Origin: an uncultured Chloroflexia bacterium
GTDB lineage: Bacteria; Chloroflexota; Limnocylindria; Limnocylindrales; CSP1-4
Length of the DNA stretch: 23,327 nt
Direction of reading: 5' to 3'
Assembly (NCBI GenBank): GCA_963707215.1
Contig: CAVPPB010000005.1
Coordinates: 1 to 23,327, forward strand
Shown here: in pieces, positions 16,317 to 23,327 of the stretch
Layout: every line of letters starts with the position of its first letter
Numbering within the stretch: position 1 is the stretch's first letter
Notes under the pieces: generated by a model
What the model saw: the letters and a program-made list of their open reading frames with translations, nothing else
The model's database searches: none
Told to the model about the DNA's origin: nothing
Program-made: the position numbers and the translations under genes

Positions 16317-17210
16317 GTGAACACACTCGAAAGCCTCCAGGCGGCGATCGGCACGATCGCCGGGTCAGTCGGCCCCGCGGTCGTCGGCATCGGCCGCCGC
16401 CACCGCGGCTCGGGCGTCGTGGTCGCCGAGGGCCGCGTCGTCACCAACGCCCACAACCTCCGCGGCGAGGAGGCGACCGTGACCTTCGCCGACGGCCGTG
16501 TGGCCCGCGGGCAGGTCGCCGGCGCCGACCTTGAGGGAGACCTCGCCGTCGTCCTCGTCGACACTGCGGACGTCGCCCCGGTCGAGTGGGCTGAGGCCGC
16601 CAGCCCGGCGATCGGAGCGGCGGTGATCGGGCTGGCCGCCCTCCCCGGCGGTGGCACCCGGGCGACGGTCGGCTTCGTCTCCGCTATCGAGCGCTCGTTC
16701 CGGGGTCCGGGCGGCCGACGGATCGGCGGTTCGATCGAGCACACCGCGCCGCTCGCCCCGGGCTCGTCCGGCGGCCCCCTCGTCGACCTGGCCGGTCGGC
16801 TGGTGGGCATCGACACGAACCGGATCGGCGAGGGCTTCTACCTCGCGGTCCCGGCCGATGTGGCGCTCCGCGATCGGGTCGAGGCGCTCGCTCGCGGCGA
16901 GTCGCCCCGGCGTGAGCGCCTCGGCGTCGCCGTGGCCCCGGCGCACGTCGCCCGGCGTCTGCGAGCCTCGGTCGGGCTCCCGGAGCGGGACGGGATCCTG
17001 GTCCGGGGCGTCGAGCCGGGCAGCCCGGCCGACCGAGCCGGGCTGCGGGAGGGCGATCTGATCGTCCGGGCCGGCGACCGCCAGATCTCAGGGGTCGACG
17101 ATCTCCACGACGCACTCGAGGCGGGCCTGCCGCTCGCCGTGATCATCGTCCGTGGCGCCGAGGAGCGGACCGTCCAGGTCGGCGACAACGAGGCGACCGC
17201 CGACACCTAG
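16317..17210 (+). CDS. Trypsin-like S1C (HtrA-like) serine protease with a C-terminal PDZ domain, no signal peptide
   Basis: VVTNAH, GDLAV and PGSSGGPL give the catalytic triad. PDZ shown by RLGV...VEPGSPADRAGLREGDLI. AGAGGA RBS before the GTG at 16317. Confidence 0.9.
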   Translation: MNTLESLQAAIGTIAGSVGPAVVGIGRRHRGSGVVVAEGRVVTNAHNLRGEEATVTFADGRVARGQVAGADLEGDLAVVLVDTADVAPVEWAEAASPAIGAAVIGLAALPGGGTRATVGFVSAIERSFRGPGGRRIGGSIEHTAPLAPGSSGGPLVDLAGRLVGIDTNRIGEGFYLAVPADVALRDRVEALARGESPRRERLGVAVAPAHVARRLRASVGLPERDGILVRGVEPGSPADRAGLREGDLIVRAGDRQISGVDDLHDALEAGLPLAVIIVRGAEERTVQVGDNEATADT

Positions 17211-17245
17211 GATCCTGGCAGCCACGTCGGCACGCGCTCGGGGCG

Positions 17246-17647
17246 TCAGTTCGCTGTGCCCTCGTCCAGCCCCAGGATCCGGCGGGCCCGGGCCACGTCG
17301 TCGACCGTGATCGCGACCTCGCTCCGCTGGCCGACGCGCCCGAGGACGAGGACACCGAGGATCTGGATGCCCTCGTCGCCGAGGCGCTCCGCGACCTGGG
17401 CGAGCTCGCCCGGGCGATCCGGCACCTCCAGGACGAGCGCCCCGCCCTCGACGAAGTCGTAGCCCGAGCCGCCGAGGACGTCGCGGGTGGCGTCGGGGTC
17501 GTCCGTCGTCAGGACCGCGTAGCCATGGTCGCCCGCTCCACCACCGGCGAGACGGACGATGTTGATGCCCCTCGCGGCGAGCCCTCGGGCCAGCCGCCCC
17601 AGCGAGCCGGGCCGGTTCGACAGCTGGATCACGAACTGCTGGGACAT
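17246..17647 (-). CDS. Tandem ACT-domain protein
   Basis: Two ACT starts: NRPGSLGRLARGLAARGINI and DRPGELAQVAERLGDEGIQI. GGAGGTGA RBS. Confidence 0.88.
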   Translation of the reverse strand: MSQQFVIQLSNRPGSLGRLARGLAARGINIVRLAGGGAGDHGYAVLTTDDPDATRDVLGGSGYDFVEGGALVLEVPDRPGELAQVAERLGDEGIQILGVLVLGRVGQRSEVAITVDDVARARRILGLDEGTAN

Positions 17648-17720
17648 GGTCACCTCCCGCGGTCCGAGGCGAGCGTGGCTCTGCCCGGGCCCGGCCGGTA
17701 GGGCCGTTCGTCCCGGTCGG

Positions 17721-18176
17721 CTAGCGGCCGGCCTTGAACGGGTAGACGACCCAGGCAGCCGTCTCGACCACGTGATGGTCCGGGACGAGGTCGACCGTCG
17801 AGTGGGCCGGCTTGTAGTGGAGGACCGCGGTGACCGGATCGCCCCCGGCCTTGCGGATCCGCTCGGCGACCGCGGCGATCGTCGTGCCCGTGTCCCAGAC
17901 CTCGTCGACGATCAGGACCCGCTGACCGTGGAGCAGCGTGTCGGACGGGAACTGGAAGAAGATCGGGGCCTCGCCGGGACGACCCTCGTCGTCGTAGAAG
18001 GCGACCGCCGCGACCAGGATGTCGCGCATCCCAAGGCGGTAGGCGAGCATCCCGGCCGGGACCATCCCACCGCGGGTGATCGCCAGGAGGACGTCGAACC
18101 GCTCGTCCGCGAGGCGATCCGCCAGGACGTCGATGAGCCGGTCGAGGTCGTCCCAGGAGACGTGGTCGCGCTCCAT
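17721..18176 (-). CDS. Type I phosphoribosyltransferase (xanthine-guanine PRT-like)
   Basis: SWDD, AITRGG, PRPP loop VLIVDEVWDTGTT and C-terminal WVVYPF. Confidence 0.9.
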   Translation of the reverse strand: MERDHVSWDDLDRLIDVLADRLADERFDVLLAITRGGMVPAGMLAYRLGMRDILVAAVAFYDDEGRPGEAPIFFQFPSDTLLHGQRVLIVDEVWDTGTTIAAVAERIRKAGGDPVTAVLHYKPAHSTVDLVPDHHVVETAAWVVYPFKAGR

Positions 18177-18379
18177 GAGGGGGTAGGGTAGCGCGCTGAC
18201 GGGGTCACGCGATGGCCGAGCGCACCGTCGGCGTCACGATGGCCCGCCCCGCGTGGCGAAGCGCCCCGGGCGGACCCGAGGAGCTTCGCCGTCGGCGACC
18301 GGTGGGGGGAGACCGGCCGGACGACCCGGTGACTCGCCGGACGGAGGATCGCGAGTGCCCTCCGGTCCGACCTTGCCGG

Positions 18380-19777
18380 CTAGTTCAGCGGGTCGCCGTC
18401 GCCAGCCTGGAGCAGGCCGAGCGCGCCGCGACCGACGAAGTTGAAGGCGTGGGTGACGACGGGGTACAGGCCGTCCTCGGGCATCGTGAACTCGATGATC
18501 GCGCCCTGCGCCGGGGCCAGGTCGACGGCCTGGGAGCCCCAGGAACCCTCGTTTCCCTTTCGCAGGACCACGCCCTCCTTGATGACCGTGTCGAAGATCG
18601 TCCCGACGATGTGGAACGAGCTGTCGACGCTCGGCCCGGCGTTGAGGACGAAGACCCGGACCCGGCCACCGGTCTCGACCGGCAGCGGGTTGTCGAGGTA
18701 CTGGTTGGCGATGCCGTTGAAGACGACGAAGTCGGGCGCCGGGGCAGCGGCGGCGGCCTTCGACAGGGAGGCCGGCTCCCCCTGGGGTCCCAGGTACCAC
18801 TCGCTCTGGACCAGGGCGTACTCGCGCTCGATGTCCTCGCCGAGGCCCTCGCGCGGCTCGACGATGACCATCCCGTACATGCCGTTGGCGATGTGGTGCA
18901 GGGCCGGGGAGGTCCCGCAGTGGTACATCCAGACGCCGGCGTAGTCCGCCGTCCACTCGTAGATCTTCTCCTCGCCGGGGTTGATCGAGGTCATCTCGTC
19001 GTTCCAGGCGACCTGGCTGGCATGGAAGTCGACCGAGTGGGGCAGCTCGCTCGTTGCCGGGTTGATGAGGTGGATCCGGATCGTGTCGCCGACCTTGACG
19101 CGGATGACCGGCCCGGGGACCGACCCGCCGAACGTCCAGACCTTCTGGACGAAGCCCTCGGCGACGGTCATCTCCTTCTCTTCGATTACGAGGTCGATGT
19201 CGTGGACCTCGCCCTCCAGCAGGTCCGGGGCTTCCGCCGGGTTGAGGGTGTAGGCCGGCGCGTTCGGGTCCTTCTCGACCTCCGTGGCCGTGGCCGGACC
19301 ACCGTGGTCGCCCCCGGACCCGCCGCTGCTGGCGCTGCCCTTGACCGAGATCGCGCCCTCCATCCCCGCGTCCTTGTGGCCCGGGATGGAGCAGATGAAG
19401 TGGAGCCCCTCGGCCGGGACATTCACCACGGCCTCGGCTGCCTGGCCCGACTCGGCGACGATCTTGGTGCCGTCGGCGAAGGTGACGTCGTGGATGATCG
19501 AGCCGGTGTTGGACAGTTTGACGAGGTAGGCGCCCGGCTCATCCACGAGCAGCTCGCTGGGGCTGAAGCCGAGGTCGACGCTCTCGATCGCCACCTCGCC
19601 CAGGACCTCCCCGGAACCCGCCGATGGGACGGGGGTGGGCGATGCGACCGAGACCCCGCCGTCGGGCGAGGCCGCGGGTTCGAAGGTCCAGCCTGGTGCG
19701 GCCGCCCTGCCGCAGGCGGCGACGACCAGAACCACCGACAGGAGCAGGCCGACGAGGCCCAGTGTCCGTGTGCGCAT
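18380..19777 (-). CDS. nirK: Copper-containing nitrite reductase, lipoprotein, with a fused N-terminal cupredoxin
   Basis: Lipobox VVAA-C. Cupredoxin HDV...CSIPGHKDAGM. The CuNiR core has PHSVDFH (T1 His, catalytic Asp, T2 His), YHC...HHIANGM, SSFHIVG (catalytic His) and VTHAF. Confidence 0.88.
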   Translation of the reverse strand: MRTRTLGLVGLLLSVVLVVAACGRAAAPGWTFEPAASPDGGVSVASPTPVPSAGSGEVLGEVAIESVDLGFSPSELLVDEPGAYLVKLSNTGSIIHDVTFADGTKIVAESGQAAEAVVNVPAEGLHFICSIPGHKDAGMEGAISVKGSASSGGSGGDHGGPATATEVEKDPNAPAYTLNPAEAPDLLEGEVHDIDLVIEEKEMTVAEGFVQKVWTFGGSVPGPVIRVKVGDTIRIHLINPATSELPHSVDFHASQVAWNDEMTSINPGEEKIYEWTADYAGVWMYHCGTSPALHHIANGMYGMVIVEPREGLGEDIEREYALVQSEWYLGPQGEPASLSKAAAAAPAPDFVVFNGIANQYLDNPLPVETGGRVRVFVLNAGPSVDSSFHIVGTIFDTVIKEGVVLRKGNEGSWGSQAVDLAPAQGAIIEFTMPEDGLYPVVTHAFNFVGRGALGLLQAGDGDPLN

Positions 19778-19968
19778 CTCGCGATCCTCTCCGCTGTCTC
19801 CGGCCGAGTCAGAACCGTAGAACAGCAACTAGCTTGGTATTAGATTAGCGGCGAGCGCGATCGGGTCCATGGGCCGAATGGCCCGAATCTCGGCCGGCCG
19901 TCGGGCGCCCGACCCGCGCCGTGCGACCGACCGGACTCGCGCTGAGGACGCCCCCGTACGCTGCGGAC

Positions 19969-21258
19969 ATGCGCGTCGTCGTGGCCGGAGGGGGGTTCGC
20001 TGGGCTGGCGGCCGCCGAGGCGCTCCTCCGAGCCGGGCTAGAGGTCGTCGTCCTCGAGGCCCGGGATCGCGTCGGCGGGCGTGTCTGGTCCCAGGCCCTG
20101 CCGAACGGAACCGTGATCGAGCGTGGGGCCGAGTTCATCCTGCCCGGTGACGATGTCCTGCGGGCGACCGCCGAGCGCCTCGGGCTGCGCTTGTTCGAGA
20201 AGGGGACCCTGTACGGCGCTCGCGAGCCTCGCGGCGGCGCGCCGGTGTCGCCGGGCCAGCTCGACGGTGCCCTTGGGGCGATCCGGGCCGCTGCCACCGA
20301 GGGCCGTCTCTCCGGGACGGTCGCGACGACGCTCGACGGGCTGCCGATCCATCCGGGCGCCCGCGAGGTCATTCGAGCCCGGATCGAGGTCTCGACGGCC
20401 TACCCGGCCGACGACCAGGAGGCCCTGGTCCTGGTCGAGACGGGGACCGGCTTCGGGCGATTCCCGACCCACACCGTCGTCGGCGGGAACCAGGGCCTCG
20501 CGCTGGCCCTGGCCGCTCGGCTGGGCTCCGCCGTTCGGTTGTCGAGCCCGGTCCGCCGCATCGCCTGGTCGGACGCGGCGAGCGACGAACGCGATGGGGC
20601 ACTGCAGGTTCCTCCGGTCAGGTCGCGCGGCGATCGTGACCCTGCCATACGCGTCGCGACCGACGACGCCGAGCTCGATGCCGACGCCGCCGTCCTCGCG
20701 GTGCCCGCGAGCGTGACCGACCGGATCATCTTCGAACCGCCGCTGCCGGGATCCAAGCTTGCGGCCCTCCGGGCGGTCCGCTACGGCCAGGCCGCGAAGC
20801 TCTTCCTCCCGCTCGTCGCCGTGACGACCCCGAGCGCCACCCTCAGCGTGCCGGGCCGCTTCTGGACCTTCACCCAGTGGACGGCGGACGGACGGTCGGC
20901 ACCGGTCGCCGGATCGTTCGCCGGGACCCCGGCGGGGCTCGATCGCCTGGGGCTTGTCGACGGCCCGGGTCGGTGGACGGCCGCGATCCGGCGCCTCCGG
21001 CCCGATCTCGCCATCGACGATCGGAACCCGGTCCTGGCGACCTGGCAGGACGACCCCTGGGTCCTGGGGGCCTATTCCGCCCGCTCGGCCGCGTCGCCGA
21101 TGGACGACGACGCGCTGGCCCGGTCGGTCGGACCCATCGCCTTCGCCGGTGAGCACACGGCCGGCGAGCGCCACGCCCTGATGGACGGCGCGCTCCGGAG
21201 CGGGTTGCGGGCCGCCGACGAGGTGCTGGTCCGGCTGGGGGTGCCGCGCCCCGGGTAG
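19969..21258 (+). CDS. Flavin monoamine oxidase family protein
   Basis: VVVAGGGFAG, LEARDRVGGR, GAEFI, W-DDPW..GAYS and FAGEHT...MDGALRSG. ATG 6 nt after TACGCT. Confidence 0.9.
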   Translation: MRVVVAGGGFAGLAAAEALLRAGLEVVVLEARDRVGGRVWSQALPNGTVIERGAEFILPGDDVLRATAERLGLRLFEKGTLYGAREPRGGAPVSPGQLDGALGAIRAAATEGRLSGTVATTLDGLPIHPGAREVIRARIEVSTAYPADDQEALVLVETGTGFGRFPTHTVVGGNQGLALALAARLGSAVRLSSPVRRIAWSDAASDERDGALQVPPVRSRGDRDPAIRVATDDAELDADAAVLAVPASVTDRIIFEPPLPGSKLAALRAVRYGQAAKLFLPLVAVTTPSATLSVPGRFWTFTQWTADGRSAPVAGSFAGTPAGLDRLGLVDGPGRWTAAIRRLRPDLAIDDRNPVLATWQDDPWVLGAYSARSAASPMDDDALARSVGPIAFAGEHTAGERHALMDGALRSGLRAADEVLVRLGVPRPG

Positions 21259-21306
21259 GGGAGCGACGCGCAGCGGGGAGGACCGCCGGCCGGGTCTCGG
21301 CCTTGG

Positions 21307-23289
21307 TCAGATCGCGCTGCCGACCCGGAGCCCCTCCAGGACCGCCTCCTCGACCGTCCGCGGCGAGAGGCAGTCGCCGATCCCATGGACCTCGCCGTCC
21401 CAGGTCGTCTCCAGCTCGCGGAGCAGGGCGTCCTGGGCGACATGTCCCTGGGCCAGCACGAGCGCGGCGACCCCCTCCACGACCACCGCGTCGCCGGTCA
21501 GGACCTGCTGGAGGAAGACGGCCTCGCCGTCGTAGCCGAAGAGTCGCACCAGGGGCAGCGGCTCGACCCCGGCCCGGAGCGCCGCGGCCGTCATCGTGTC
21601 ACGCACGTACTGCTGGATCCGCTGACCGGCCATGTAGCCGGTCGAGGCGAGCGTGACCCGGCGGCCCCGCCGGCCCAGCAGCTCGGCGATGCCCAGGCCG
21701 ACCCAGTCGCACCGCCAGTCGGCGACGACGACCCGGCCGTCGGGGACGTCGGCCCCGCCCAGGACCTCCCAGGCGTCGAGGACGAGCGGCTCGCCGACCA
21801 GTTCGAGCGGCGGCCTCCGTGGCGTGGCCCCGGTCGCCACGATGACGGCGTCGGGCGCAAGCCCGTGGATCGTCGCGGCATCCACCCGCACGCTCGTCTC
21901 GATGGCGACCCCGGCCCGTCGCGCCTCGCCGAGCAGGTTGATGGCCACTCCGCCGAACTCGGCTCGACCGGGCAGCTTCTCGGCCAGGAGGACCTGGCCG
22001 CCGACCCGGCGGGCCGCCTCGAAGAGGGTCACCCGATGGCCGCGCTCGGCGGCCACGGCCGCCGCCTTGAGCCCTCCCGGACCGCCACCGACGACGACGA
22101 CGTCCCGCGCCGGTCGTGCCGGCACCCGACGACCGTACTCGAGCTCACGGCCGGACTCCGGGTACTGGATGCAGGAGATGGGGTAGCCGGCGTGGAAGTG
22201 GCCGATGCAGGCCTGGTCGCAGCCCACGCAGGCGCGGATGTCGTCGAGCCGGCCCTCCAGGGCCTTCCGCGGCAGGAGCGGATCGCTGATGAGCGCCCGG
22301 GTCATGGCCACCGCATCGGCCTGGCCGGCCGCCAGGATCGCCTCGGCCTCCTGGGGCTGATTGACCCGCCCGGCGACGATCACCGGGACGGACACGGCCG
22401 CCCGGACCCGTGCCGCCAGCGGAGCCGTGTAGGCGTTCGGCTCGCTCATCGGCGGGACGATGTGGACCGAGCCGGCGAGGGTCGCCGAGGAGCCGGCCGC
22501 GACGCTGACGTAGCTCAGTCCGCCATCGCGGTCGAGGGCGGTCACGGCGGCCAGGAACTCTTCGGCGGTCAGGCCGTCGTGGCCGATCTCGTCGAGCGAG
22601 ACCCGCAGGCCGACGACGAGCTCGTCGCCGACCACCCCGCGCACCGCGGCGATCGTCTCGCGGAGGAACCGCAGGCGGCCCTCGTCGCCGCCGCCGTAGC
22701 GGTCGGTCCGCAGGTTGACCCGCGGGTTGAGGAACTGGGCCGGCAGGTAGCCGTGGCTGGCGATGATCTCGACCCCGTCGAGGCCGGCGACCTGGAGCCG
22801 GCCGGCGGCCGCGGCGTAGCCGGCGACGATCTCCTCGATCAGCGGGATCGGCATCGCCATGGGGATGACGTGGAAGCGCTCGCTCGGCACGGCCGACGGG
22901 GCGACGGCGAGCGCGAGCGACCCGTCCTCGGAGTCCATGACCTCGCGCCCCCCGTGGAAGATCTGGCCGAACACGGGCACCCCGTGGCCCTGGATCGCCC
23001 GGGCCAGCCGCCGGAAGCCCGGGATGCAGGCGTCGTCGTGGGCCATCAGGGCATGCGAGGTGTACTCGGCCGTCGGGTGGACCCCGGCCACCTGGATGAC
23101 GATCAGCCCGACCCCGCCGGCCGCCCGGGCCTCCTGGTAGGCGACGAGCCGGTCGGTCACCAGGCCGTCCGCCGCCATGACGGTGTCGTGACCCGTCGAG
23201 ACGATCCGGTTCGGCAGCGTCACACCGCCGATCCGGAGGGGCGCGAACAGGCGGGGGAAGGGGGGTGCCGAGGGTGCGCCGGCGGCCAT
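21307..23289 (-). CDS. Old-Yellow-Enzyme family FMN/4Fe-4S/FAD oxidoreductase (FadH/TMADH-like architecture)
   Basis: LPNRIV, QIFHGG, DGVEI..SHGYL..QFL, NLRTDRYGG, CVGCDQAC-x11-C and VVGGGPGG...EAARRVGGQ. Confidence 0.92.
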   Translation of the reverse strand: MAAGAPSAPPFPRLFAPLRIGGVTLPNRIVSTGHDTVMAADGLVTDRLVAYQEARAAGGVGLIVIQVAGVHPTAEYTSHALMAHDDACIPGFRRLARAIQGHGVPVFGQIFHGGREVMDSEDGSLALAVAPSAVPSERFHVIPMAMPIPLIEEIVAGYAAAAGRLQVAGLDGVEIIASHGYLPAQFLNPRVNLRTDRYGGGDEGRLRFLRETIAAVRGVVGDELVVGLRVSLDEIGHDGLTAEEFLAAVTALDRDGGLSYVSVAAGSSATLAGSVHIVPPMSEPNAYTAPLAARVRAAVSVPVIVAGRVNQPQEAEAILAAGQADAVAMTRALISDPLLPRKALEGRLDDIRACVGCDQACIGHFHAGYPISCIQYPESGRELEYGRRVPARPARDVVVVGGGPGGLKAAAVAAERGHRVTLFEAARRVGGQVLLAEKLPGRAEFGGVAINLLGEARRAGVAIETSVRVDAATIHGLAPDAVIVATGATPRRPPLELVGEPLVLDAWEVLGGADVPDGRVVVADWRCDWVGLGIAELLGRRGRRVTLASTGYMAGQRIQQYVRDTMTAAALRAGVEPLPLVRLFGYDGEAVFLQQVLTGDAVVVEGVAALVLAQGHVAQDALLRELETTWDGEVHGIGDCLSPRTVEEAVLEGLRVGSAI

Positions 23290-23327
23290 GGCGGGCAGGA
23301 TGGCCGAGCGCCGGGGGTCGCGGGCCG

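Noticed and set aside
18190-18380. Riboswitch or ncRNA between nirK and the PRTase
   Set aside because: Only GC-rich hairpins are present, one possibly the nirK terminator. No purine or PRPP riboswitch consensus was recognised, and the PRTase appears leaderless.
18212-19843. 543-aa plus-strand ORF
   Set aside because: Antisense shadow of nirK with no recognisable motifs.
1-23327. CRISPR array, tRNA/rRNA, IS or prophage genes
   Set aside because: No regularly spaced repeats, cloverleaf signatures, transposase or integrase motifs were seen by eye.

Overview
A high-GC bacterial window (roughly 70% by eye). Gene style and many leaderless-type promoters suggest Chloroflexota or Actinobacteria, which is inference only. 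Bases 1-3150 are indel-rich and look like a chimeric or low-coverage contig end: a lipoprotein beta-helix gene fragment, a lower-GC DUF4432 fragment and a UDP-sugar dehydrogenase tail are joined with no spacers. A surface-glycan locus follows, with a hyaluronan-synthase-like GT2, a GT-C glycosyltransferase and two opposite-strand membrane proteins. Next come an MBL hydrolase and a co-oriented run of GHWYL membrane protein, O-methyltransferase, MoaD with a masked Gly-Gly, MoaE, M55 D-aminopeptidase and a full-length lysine 5,6-aminomutase alpha homolog. Converging on that run is a cytoplasmic BNR propeller paired with a second masked ubiquitin-like protein. The rest encodes an M23 peptidase, an HxlR regulator with a divergent S1C-PDZ protease and a readable operator, an ACT protein, a PRTase, a three-domain lipoprotein NirK, a flavin amine oxidase and an OYE/4Fe-4S oxidoreductase. 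The best candidates for something new are the apparently catalytically dead KamD paralog and the two masked ubiquitin-like proteins. No RNA genes, CRISPR arrays or mobile elements were recognised. All family calls come from motif recognition, not database searches.
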